Shown here in pieces: positions 53,921 through 64,000 of a stretch of 64,000 nt of DNA. The position numbers and the translations under genes are program-made. This stretch comes from Macrostomum lignano (lineage: Eukaryota): assembly GCA_002269645.1 (NCBI GenBank), contig NIVC01000859.1, forward strand, positions 62,001-126,000, given 5' to 3'. The notes under the pieces were generated by a model. The model was not told the DNA's origin and made no database searches. It saw only the letters and a program-made list of their open reading frames with translations. The first letter of the stretch is position 1; every line of letters begins with the position of its first letter.

Positions 53921-54551
53921 TTTTTAATAAAACAATGCATGAAAAGACTAGAAAAAAATACAAAACCGGTTATTACAGATAAAAAAAAATCAATTGAAGA
54001 AATTATTACTATTCGTTTATTAGTAAGTCATGGGCAACGTTTTTCAAAATTATCAACACTCAGATATTTTTAGCAGTTTAGTTGTAATCGACCCGACGAT
54101 ACAAAAGAAGCAGAGAAAGCCCAGCAGACTAAAAGAAAATCAATGGTGGTTTTAAACAGAATTCCTGAAACAATATTGGCCTGCATTATTGGGCGTGATG
54201 TTAAAGAACTATACTCGGCAACATCAAAGAGTCACCAGCACAGAAGATTCCGTCTGTGATCGCCACTTTTGAGAGTGCAGGTAAAGTCTTTCTCAATCTT
54301 GCGACTGACGCAACTCAGCTACGCCACGGCAGACTTGAGTTGAGGAATGAAGTGGGGGAGCGGTGTCCGAGGGTTGGACGGATTAAAGCTACCCCGATCA
54401 GTTTTCTCGCATCTTTAATATTAGAATAGTTCAAAAGAGAAATTGATCACTGGCGCATAGAGTGGCGACTTTCCAATTTTGCCTGATTCTCTAAACACTA
54501 CTTTGACATAGAAAAAATTCAGAAGCTCTGTCTGACTTGATGCTCCCAGCA

Positions 54552-55340
54552 TCACATCAACGCCTTCATCGACTTGTCAATGTATCGGACCTGATCAGGC
54601 GGCAGGATGCACACAGCGTAACCATTGAACTGCTGAGGATCTTCAATGAGTCGAATAAATTGATCTGTCAGTACAGAAATCGGAATGAGCACTTGTTTAT
54701 CAGCCATTTTCTGCTTCAACCGATCCGACATCAATGTGGCTCCGCTGCCTGGTTTCAGAGAATCGGTGATCATGTCAGTCAGAATGAAGGCAGGGCACAG
54801 GCAGTTGAATCGAATTCCGTGTGTACTCAAGTGCGGCTCAGAACCCATGGAGCCGGTCCAACCCACCACAGCGTGCTTCGATGCTGAGTAAGCTGGACCA
54901 AATGATGACGTGAACAGACCAGCTGCACTGGCCGTGTTGATCACCACACCGCCGTGACCTCCGTTCTTTTTCGACATGAACTCGATGGCTAGTTGAGTGC
55001 CATAAATCACGCCTTTCACGTTCACGTCGATGGTCAGGCCCGGGTCCGCCTCGTTCATCACTCCGGCATTGTTCACTACAATGTCGACTCGACCGTCCAG
55101 CTCGATGGCTTTCTGAAAGGCGCGTCGCAGCTCTGCCCTGTCCGTCACGCTGCACCGGACAAAGTGGCACCGGCCCGAGCCGTGCGTCTCGTTTAGCTCC
55201 TGCACGGCCTGACCTCCCGTCGCTTCGTTCAGGTCGGCGACGATCACCCGGCGGGCCTGGCGGACCAGCAGCGACTCCGCGATGGCCCGTCCGATGCCGC
55301 GGCCGCCGCCTGTCACTATGGCAACGGAGTTGCGAATCAT
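54552..55340 (-). CDS. HPGD: HPGD-like SDR, copy 5
   Basis: Same motifs; most divergent copy, with a distinct upstream region. Confidence 0.9.
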   Translation of the reverse strand: MIRNSVAIVTGGGRGIGRAIAESLLVRQARRVIVADLNEATGGQAVQELNETHGSGRCHFVRCSVTDRAELRRAFQKAIELDGRVDIVVNNAGVMNEADPGLTIDVNVKGVIYGTQLAIEFMSKKNGGHGGVVINTASAAGLFTSSFGPAYSASKHAVVGWTGSMGSEPHLSTHGIRFNCLCPAFILTDMITDSLKPGSGATLMSDRLKQKMADKQVLIPISVLTDQFIRLIEDPQQFNGYAVCILPPDQVRYIDKSMKALM

Positions 55341-55555
55341 GCTTTCGCTGCTGCTGCTGCTGACAGAGTTGTTGTCAAGATTGTTTAGTAAATCGAATTT
55401 TAAAGACCTTTAAGACTTTAAAGAACTTTAAAGATTTAAAACAGGCTGCTTAATCGAACTCTAAACATATGAATGGCCTGCCAAAAAACAATTGACATTG
55501 ACACTTTGATTTCAGCAAAACCAGAACGCACAGTGGAAACCCGGAGCAATCCTAC

Positions 55556-55645
55556 GTACCAGAGGCGCCAGCACCAGAGGCGCCAGCACCAGAGGCGCCA
55601 GCACCAGAGGCGCCAGCACCAGAGGCGCCAGCACCAGAGGCGCCA
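55556..55645. repeat. 15-bp tandem repeat (accagaggcgccagc x6)
   Basis: Read directly. Confidence 0.93.
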
Positions 55646-56041
55646 GATAACGGATAAATTAATAACTAATAGTTTCAAACTTTTAGTTTGAACTAGTACT
55701 GAAACTCGTAAACTCAATACTAAATTAATATTGTTAATAAGCAAATTCAATTAACACTAGAGACAATAAATAAATATTTAGAATGAGTCAGCTTATATTT
55801 AAATGACAGAGAAAAATGGCAAACGCTTAATGCAGTTAGTTCGATAAACTACAACTACTAAATAAATTTGTATTTTAAAAGCTAAATTGAGCTAATCAGA
55901 AGCTAAACACTGGAAACTGTGCGAATTTCTCACTTGGAAGTCGAGTTTTACAGTGAAACTGAAATTCAATTAAATGAGAAGTTGTCAGTTTTATTTACTC
56001 TACCTACGGTGAAAATGAGCTTAAATTAAGAAATTTGCATA

Positions 56042-56293
56042 GGGAGGCCGTAGTCCAGTGGTCTAGCGCAATGCTCTGATGTGCCAGCGGCCCAGGCTCG
56101 ATTCCAAGTGCAGTCACATCAATTTGGGGCTAAATTGAAATCTTGGCTTGGCTCTGCTCGTGTAATTAACGCCTTTAAGGATCCACCCGCAAAACACAGT
56201 GATTAATAAAGTTGGGGCCGCTGTACACTCCTGTGAGTGTGTGCCTGTGCGTAATGCATCTTACTGGTTGTGTGAAAAAGTCGTTTAGCACAT
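56042..56293 (+). mobile_element. tRNA-derived SINE copy
   Basis: A and B boxes as at 53593. Confidence 0.82.
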
Positions 56294-56369
56294 AAAAAAG
56301 AAATTCGCACAATATTTCCGAGTTCAGCCCCTCTCCTACCTCAGTTTGCACCTGTGCTCACTGCTCACG

Positions 56370-57910
56370 CTAGACTGTGCACCGGCACAAAGGATCTTTA
56401 AGTCCCAGCGAAGGTCCATAATCAGACTCAGCTGACGGGTCATCAAACAGTCGCACAATCTGCCTGCCAGAGCTCTGGGTCGGCCGGTTCAACGTCTGCC
56501 ACAGGTCCGCTGTCCAACTCTTCGAATCAGCCTGCTCATGCAGCTCCTGACCCAGCTCAGACTGTGGCGGCACGCACGCCTCAAGCCGCACAACCTGCCA
56601 GCCGGCATCTCCGCCATCATCTTGCAGACGTTTGCCATAGACAAACAGGCAGCCGCACTGATTGCACTTGTCCGCAACCAGGATTCGATGAAATTCCACT
56701 GCACTGGCCGGGTTCCAGTCTGTGTCGCGGTTTGACAGCCGGTCAAAATTGAGTCCAATATTGGACAGACTCTCTGCCTCATCTGATAGGCGGCAGTGCA
56801 GTGGTAGACTGTACAGTCTATTAGCCTGAGGGATTTTTTAGTTGAGTTGACATTTAAGTTAGCTCATTGTGATTCAAAACCTGATTTGAGAGCAGTTGAT
56901 TTGATGCAAAATCTGCAGATTTGAGAGCAGTTGATTTGATGCAAAATCTGCAGATTTGAGAGCTGTTGATTTGATGATGCAAAATCTGCAGATTTGAGAG
57001 CAGTTGATTTGATGATGCAAAATCTGCAGATTTGAGAGCAGTTGATTTGATGATGCAAAATCTGCAGATTTGAGAGCAGTTGATTTGATGCAAAATCTGC
57101 AGATTTGAGAGCAGTTAATTTGATGCAAATCCTGCAGATTTGAGAGCAGTTAATTTGATGCAAATCCTGCAGATTTGAGCATTTGATATGATGCAAAATC
57201 TGCAGATTTGAGAGCTGTTGATTTGATGATGCAAAATCTGCAGATTTGAGAGCTGTTGATTTGATGATGCAAAATCTGCAGATTTGAGAGCAGTTGATTT
57301 GATGATGCAAAATCTGCAGATTTGAGAGCAGTTGATTTGATGATGCAAAACCTGCAGATTTGAGAGCAGTTGATTTGATGATGCAAAACCTGATTTGAGA
57401 GCAGTTTTTTTGATGATGCAAAACCTGCAGATTTGAGAGCAGTTGATTTGATGATGCAAAACCTGCAGATTTGAGAGCAGTTGATTTGATGCAAAACCTG
57501 CAGATTTGAGAGCAGTTGATTTGATGATGCAAAATCTGCAGATTTGAGAGCAGTTGATTTGATGATGCAAAATCTGCAGATTTGAGAGCAGTTGATTTGA
57601 TGCAAAACCTGCAGATTTGAGCAGTTGATCCATTAATCACAGCATCTCACCATTTGACTAGAATTGGCCAAGCTCAAAGCCAAACTCGCCAGTTTCTCTC
57701 GCTGCTCCAGTCGTTCTCTGGTGCGCTGCCTGCTTCGCCAAAACATATAGGAAACGGCGCCCATGGAGACGCAGGTGAACAGGTAGCCAAAAAGTTTGAC
57801 GGGCCGGCTCAGGAGCGGCTGGGACAGGCCGCCCCGCGACTGAGCAGAGGCAGATCGCTTCTGGGCACGCTGTGGGGGGGGGGAGAATTCGGTTTGATGC
57901 CTGGTTGGCA
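56370..57910 (-). CDS. Divergent COA1-like protein (exons ~57910-57651 and 56782-56370; first exon not found; 1-nt phase discrepancy)
   Basis: TM segment KLFGYLFTCVSMGAVSYMFW, then SLALSLANSSQM, WNPASA...GCLFVYGKR...WQVVRLE aligning to the neighbouring COA1 (KLALELINDY, WTPKSA...GYLYIWAKK...WQIERLD). Confidence 0.55.
56870..57625. repeat. 35/38-bp minisatellite with palindromic core AAATCTGCAGATTT (intron)
   Basis: Unit gcaaaatctgcagatttgagagcagttgatttgat(gat). Confidence 0.95.
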
Positions 57911-58320
57911 CTGAGGATATGGGAGGCTGGCCCAGCAACTGAGGATATGGGAGGCTGGCCCAGCAACTGAGGATCTGGGAGGCTGGCCCAGCAACTGAGG
58001 ATCTGGGAGGCTGGCCCAGCAACTGAGGATCTGGGAGGCTGGCCCAGCAACTGAGGATTTGGGAGGCTGGCCCAGCAACTAAGGATCTGGGAGGCTGGCC
58101 CAGCAACTGAGGATCTGGGAGGCTGGCCCAGCAACTGAGGATCTGGGAGGCTGGCCCAGCAACTGAGGATCTGGGAGGCTGGCCCAGCAACTAAGGATCT
58201 GGGAGGCTGGCCCAGCAACTGAGGATCTGGGAGGCTGGCCCAGCAACTGAGGATCTGGGAGGCTGGACCAGCAACTGAGGATCTGGGAGGATAGCGGTGG
58301 CTCAGCAACTGAGGATCTGA
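57911..58320. repeat. 28-bp minisatellite
   Basis: Unit cagcaactgaggatctgggaggctggcc; same family as 62090-62700. Confidence 0.95.
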
Positions 58321-58644
58321 GAGGGCGACGATGGCTTTGCAGTTCAAAAAACAATAAACATTTGTAAAAAATTACTGCAAATACATTCATATGCTAAAGT
58401 AAGAGAAATGCAATTTATTTAATCTTGTTATAAAGCACAAAATGATGCAGTCACAATAGGCAAACACACAATCGCAACAGTGTTCTAAAACCACAAAGAA
58501 AAAACAATAAGCTTAAGATGTCGTGTGTTAATACTCGTAGATTTATGCTTCGTTTGATAATCGACTATCGGGTAAACAGCCGGAGTAACTATCCGTTAAG
58601 CGACTCGTCAGCTAACTAGTGCTTTAGATAAAGATTACGCGTTA

Positions 58645-59106
58645 CTAATCAACTTTAGCTTTATCGCTACCGCCTCTATTATAGAAAGTCCATCGACAAT
58701 TGCCGCCTTGCAGTTTAGGCAAAGCCAGATCGAGTCTCTCAATTTGCCAAACAGTCTCGTCCGAGTCATCCGGCTCCAGCATGTCAATCTTCTTTGCCCA
58801 GATGTACAAATAGCCGGAGCTGTGAAACCCATGAACAGGCAGTTTCAGCTTTCTCAGAGCAGATTTCGGTGTCCAAGAATTGAAGCGCTCTTTATCGCCA
58901 AAGAATACAACTCTGCCGGGAGTGACCGGACGGCCGAGGCACTTCTCAACGTGAGGATAGTCGTTAATCAGTTCTAACGCTAATTTTGTGTAGCCAGCCG
59001 TGTGGACTTTGTGCTGCATGTACTTGGTGCCGCTGTACACAACACCGACCATGCCGATTGAGAACACTGCACAGCCGCCTAGGAGGCGGGCTGCTTGCAT
59101 CTGCAT
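58645..59106 (-). CDS. COA1: Cytochrome c oxidase assembly factor 1 (COA1/MITRAC15-like), single coding exon
   Basis: N-terminal TM; TKLALELINDYPHVEKCLGRPV and KLKLPVHGFHSSGYLYIW match human YKLAVEQLQSHPEAQEALGPPL and KLKIPVSGSKSEGLLYVH as I recall them. The start could be 59106 or 59100. Confidence 0.85.
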   Translation of the reverse strand: MQMQAARLLGGCAVFSIGMVGVVYSGTKYMQHKVHTAGYTKLALELINDYPHVEKCLGRPVTPGRVVFFGDKERFNSWTPKSALRKLKLPVHGFHSSGYLYIWAKKIDMLEPDDSDETVWQIERLDLALPKLQGGNCRWTFYNRGGSDKAKVD

Positions 59107-59189
59107 CACTCCGCTTTGGTGAGTAGATGAGACTGTAATATGCTCTGAAATGCGGCACATTGATCAGCAAGTATGAAGCATCATTGCCG

Positions 59190-59837
<648 letters not shown>

Positions 59838-60584
59838 AGGTAGGGGAAGTTTGAAGAGTGGATTGATACGATAGAGTAGATAGGGAAGGGTAGATAAGAT
59901 GAGTAGTCAGTTAAAAAAAGACAAGATAAAGTACAATAGAGAGAAGATAGAAAAGGTAGATAGAGGATTAGAGTAGAGATTAGATAAACAATAAGCAGAT
60001 AGAGATGGAATAGGGTAAGAGTAAGTACTTCTAAAACAGTGAAATAATTAAGAAATAAAACAGACGACAAATTCATAACAAAATCAAGTGGCGCATGCAG
60101 TTACATCATCAAGAATATGTATTTTTTCATTTCTAACAATAAAAAATTTTTTGCAGAGCATCTCAATATGAAAACAATCAAAGTTGAGGTCAACTCACTC
60201 TAGCGTGAAATATTGCAAAGCAATGGTTGAAATAAGTTATTCAAAATACTATATGTTATTATTTAAAGCTTCATTATACATGGTGCTTATGAGAGTAGCG
60301 AAGTTGACATTAGGAATCATAATTTACTATTCCACACCTGAAGATTATGCAAAAAAATATTTCAGATAATTAAATTACTGTTATTGCACAATATTAGCGC
60401 TAAAAATCTTACATTAGACTGCCCATTGAGATTAGTGTGAAAAGTTCGGCGTTTTTATACCGATATGTCGCGTAAAAACTCTTTATAAAGTATGAAAATG
60501 AATTACTAAGTTTTTGGTAAAACACAATTGGATATTAATTGAGTTATTAAATAACTTAATGATTTATCACTCAGATTAGCGAGG

Positions 60585-61055
60585 AATTCCTTACTCAGAT
60601 TTGCAGGGAATTTCTTACTCAGATTATCGGGGAATTTCTCACCTAGATTAGCGAGGAATTTCTTACTTAGATTATCAGGGAATTTCTAGCCTAGATTAGC
60701 GGGGAATTTCTCACTTAGATTATCGGGGAATTTCTCACCTAGATTAGCGAGGAATTCCTCACTTAGATTATCGGGTAATTTCGCACCTAGATAATCAGGG
60801 ACAGGGAGTTCCTCACTTAGATATTAGGGAATTCCTCACTTAGATTATCGGGGAATTTCTCACTCAGATTATCAGGAAATTCCTCACTTAGATTATCGGG
60901 GAATTTCTCACTCAGATTATCAGGAAATTCCTCACTTAGATTATCAGGGAATTTCTCACTCAGATTATCAGGAAATTCCTCACTTAGATTATCGGGGAAT
61001 TTCTCACTTAGATTATCGGGATAATTTTCAGTTAGTTTATCAGGGAATTTCTCAA
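60585..61055. repeat. 24-bp minisatellite downstream of TBCK stop
   Basis: Unit cacttagattatcggggaatttct. Confidence 0.93.
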
Positions 61056-61070
61056 ATCTCTAAAAAAGCA

Positions 61071-62027
61071 TCAGTTGGAAGGCAGCGCCAGAAGTCCAGT
61101 AGATCGCAGTCCTTCAACACCGCCCTGCAGCAGACAGACTCTTGTGACGCCCCTCATCACCAGGTGGTTAGCAACGGAAATTGCCTCCTCTTCTAGCCGA
61201 TAAATCAACACTTTAACATTGGCTTGTACAACAGGATCAGACAGTCGGGCGAGATCGCACTGGTTAGACAGAACCGTCTCAGCAGGCAGGTGGATGGAGT
61301 TGGGCAGGCAGCCTCTGCCGTACTCACCAGCTGGCCGGATGTCGATAATGCTGAGTCTGGACCGAGCAATGCAGGACACCTTGGCATCCAGGTGACCTGC
61401 GATAGTGAGGAACTCTTCCTGACTAATCCTGGGAGCCCGGCACCTCTGCAGAGCCTCAATGTCCAGCGTATCAATGGGGAACTGCTGGCCGCACAGCTCC
61501 AAGTCCGAGCCGTCGAACTTCCGGTAGGAGCAGCTGTGCGGAGTGTCCCGGTACATCCGGGTAGCATCCGACAGGCACAGCTCCAAGTTGACATTGGCCA
61601 CCTGCGGCAGGATGTCGTGTACAGCCTCATTAAAATCGTGCTCCATCAGGCCTAACCGGCGCTTCAATTGCAACAGGATGGCCAAGCCGACGAACAGAGG
61701 AAAGCTGCTGTTGCCTAGCAACAGGGCATCCCAGATGTGCACCACGCTGGGCAGGGAGAAATGATGAGCGAACATAGTTAGGAACCATGGGAACGCGTAG
61801 TGATCAGGGAACAGGCCGATCTGTTCCAGGTAAACAGCCAGGGTGGGGCAGTGAAACGCCAGCAGCTGTTGAAAGACAGCAAAGTACTCCTGCGTCACCT
61901 CTTTGTTGTTGTCGTTGGCAAAGAAGTTGGCCTGGTACTTGTCGATGAACCGTTCGAGACAGGCCAAGGCCAGCGGCTCGTCTGAGAAGTTCAGGTGAAG
62001 GAAGACAGCCGCCACGGAGTCCACACC
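61071..62027 (-). CDS. TBCK: TBC1 domain-containing kinase, last exon (TBC C-half + rhodanese)
   Basis: GVDSVAAVFLHLNF, LLAFHCP, YAFPWFLTMF, IWDALLLGNSSFP, IIDIRP...LPNSIHLP; acceptor AG at 62029-62028. Confidence 0.92.
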   Translation of the reverse strand, partial: GVDSVAAVFLHLNFSDEPLALACLERFIDKYQANFFANDNNKEVTQEYFAVFQQLLAFHCPTLAVYLEQIGLFPDHYAFPWFLTMFAHHFSLPSVVHIWDALLLGNSSFPLFVGLAILLQLKRRLGLMEHDFNEAVHDILPQVANVNLELCLSDATRMYRDTPHSCSYRKFDGSDLELCGQQFPIDTLDIEALQRCRAPRISQEEFLTIAGHLDAKVSCIARSRLSIIDIRPAGEYGRGCLPNSIHLPAETVLSNQCDLARLSDPVVQANVKVLIYRLEEEAISVANHLVMRGVTRVCLLQGGVEGLRSTGLLALPSN

Positions 62028-62089
62028 CTAAGGCATGAGTTATCAGGTGCGATCGTTTGCTTAAAATGGGATTTGCTGATTTTAATGGG

Positions 62090-62700
62090 GATCTGGAAGG
62101 CTGGCCCAGCAACTGAGGATCTGGGAGGCTGGCCCAGCAACTGAGGATCTGGGAGGCTGGTGGCCCAGCAACTGAGGATCTGGGAGGCTGGCCCAGCAAC
62201 TGAGGATCTGGGAGGCTGGTGGCCCAGCAACTGAGGATCTGGGAGGCTGGCCCAGCAACTGAGGATCTGGGAGGCTGGTGGCCCAGCAACTGAGGATCTG
62301 GGAGGCTGGCCCAGCAACTGAGGATCTGGGAGGCTGGCTCAGCAACTGAGGATCTTGGAGGCTGGTGGCCCAGCAAATGAGGATCTGGGAGGCTGATGGC
62401 CCAGCAACTGAGGATCTTGGAGGCTGGTGGCCCAGCAAATGAGGATCTGGGAGGCTGATGGCCCAGCAACTGAGGATCTGGGAGGCTGATGGCCCAGCAA
62501 CTGAGGATCTGGGAGGCTGGCCCAGCAACTGAGGATCTGGGAGGCTGATGGCCCAGCAACTGAGGATCTGGGAGGCTGATGGCCCAGCAACTGAGGATCT
62601 GGGAGGCTGGCCCAGAAAATCAGGATCTGGGAGGCTGGAACAGCAACTCAGGATCTGGGAGGCGGGCCCAGAAACTGAGGATCTGAGAGGCTGACCCAGA
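62090..62700. repeat. 28/31-bp minisatellite filling the TBCK intron
   Basis: Same unit as 57911-58320, with tgg/tga insertions. Confidence 0.95.
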
Positions 62701-62713
62701 AACAGCAAAATAC

Positions 62714-64000
62714 CTGATAATATGCGCACGAAGGCCTCCGCAGCACCCAGGCCTTGATCAGCTTGCGCAGTTTGGCGTGCCCGTGCGGCGAGGCCATCAG
62801 CGGGTTGTACTGGTGACACCTGGGAATGTCGCTAGCCAGCTGCTTATCGCTAATCCGTCGACTCTCCCTAGGCGTGACGGTGTCCAGAGCGCCGTATCGA
62901 GACCGGACATCGCCGGACACGCCCAGCAGGTGAGCCCAGGTCAGAGCTCGGTACAGAGGAGGGATGTCCTTGGCGGACTCAGCCAGGAGCAGCGGTCTGG
63001 CATAGGGGCAGCACAGCAGCAGCTGGTGGAACAGAACGCACCGCTCGATCTGGTAGGCCACGTCGCGCTCTTTCACAGCTTTCGGCTGCGAGGACGTGTC
63101 CGCGTAGGCCCCGTGCCGGCCGGGAGCTGACGAGGTGGCAGCGGTGGCGGCAGCGGATGTAGCGCTGACAGACTCCGGCTGCCGAGGCACAGGGAAGAAC
63201 ACCAGAGGATTCAGCTTTCGTACCCGATCGCGAAGCTCTCGATCGTTCAATGCCACGACGAACTCGTGCAGCAGGTGCGGCTTCGGCTGCTCCAGGTAGA
63301 GGATGAGGCCGGCGCTGCCGCCTAGGTAGCAGGGCAGCTGGGTGATGGGGCGGTGGCGCTGGACCAGGCCGGCCTGACGAATCGGCTGCACAGGATCGCC
63401 TCCGGCCAGCGTCCACCAGTGGTAGAACTCTTCAACAGAGCGGAGGCTGGCCAGCTCCCCGCGCGTGATCAGCCGCTTCTCCGACGGGCCAACATCAACA
63501 TCATCGTCAGCATCCAGCTGCTTTCCGAGAGCTGCTGCATCCCCGTTCGAGACAGACGATTTCTCCGGACGAAACTGTCCGAATCTTCGTCGGCAACGAA
63601 TATCAACTCGAGGCTGAAAGCCGCCGAGCTCTGAGGAACTTCGCGATCGGAGCTGCTCCAGCTTAGCGGCCAGGGGGGCTTCGAACTTGGCCGAGACCAG
63701 GTCGGACACGAACGGTCTGTGACTCGGCCAGCCAGACAGACAAGACCGAATCATGTCAAGAGTGCCGCCCAGGCCAATGCCCAGCTCCCGGTCAACAGCC
63801 GCCCAGTCGAAAGATTTAAAAGCGTGGGTAAAGTCGCTATCCACTGCCAGCAGGGAGTCTAACAAGCAGTCGCCAGTACATCCGCATCGGATCAGCATAG
63901 CAACCGTTGCTAAGGCCTCATCAGAGTCTGGCAACGCAGCCGGCAAAGGCGGCACTCCAACCAGCAGGTGCAGAGCCAGCAGTCCCAAGCCGAAGCTGTC
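62714..64000 (-). CDS. TBCK: TBCK penultimate exon (pseudokinase C-lobe, linker, TBC N-half); 5' part beyond window
   Basis: EEFYHWWTLAGGD, KERDVAYQ, DIPPLYRALTWAHLLGV, DIPRCHQY...GHAKLRKLIKAWV...YYQ|GT. Confidence 0.92.

Noticed and set aside
45938-55196. Antisense and alternate-frame ORFs overlapping the SDR genes and retroelement pol genes
   Set aside because: Shadow ORFs expected from GC-rich coding sequence, with no recognisable motifs.

Overview
Eukaryotic (animal) genomic DNA. It has spliceosomal GT-AG introns, abundant minisatellites and LTR/LINE/DNA transposons. The style resembles a long-read assembly of a free-living flatworm such as Macrostomum, but that host call is inference only. 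From left to right the window contains: a young Bel/Pao LTR retrotransposon (1311-8288); a small Ty3/Gypsy (Mag-like) LTR element (9324-12625) whose gag/PR/RT region is replaced by an ANTISENSE, decayed gene that reads as a Jingchuvirales (chuvirus-like) nucleoprotein, i.e. an RNA-virus gene packaged between LTRs, which is the most interesting feature; an RTE-type LINE; two intronless paralogues with a Cys/His motif, coiled coil and putative propeller; a 7-exon ABCH-type transporter gene (26686-44759, minus) in which every intron carries a different tandem repeat and intron 1 hosts a 9.85-kb EnSpm/CACTA-like transposon with two divergent genes; five tandem HPGD-like SDR genes; tRNA-derived SINEs and MITEs; COA1 plus a divergent COA1-like paralogue; and the 3' part of TBCK. 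All family assignments come from motif recognition by eye. No database search was run.
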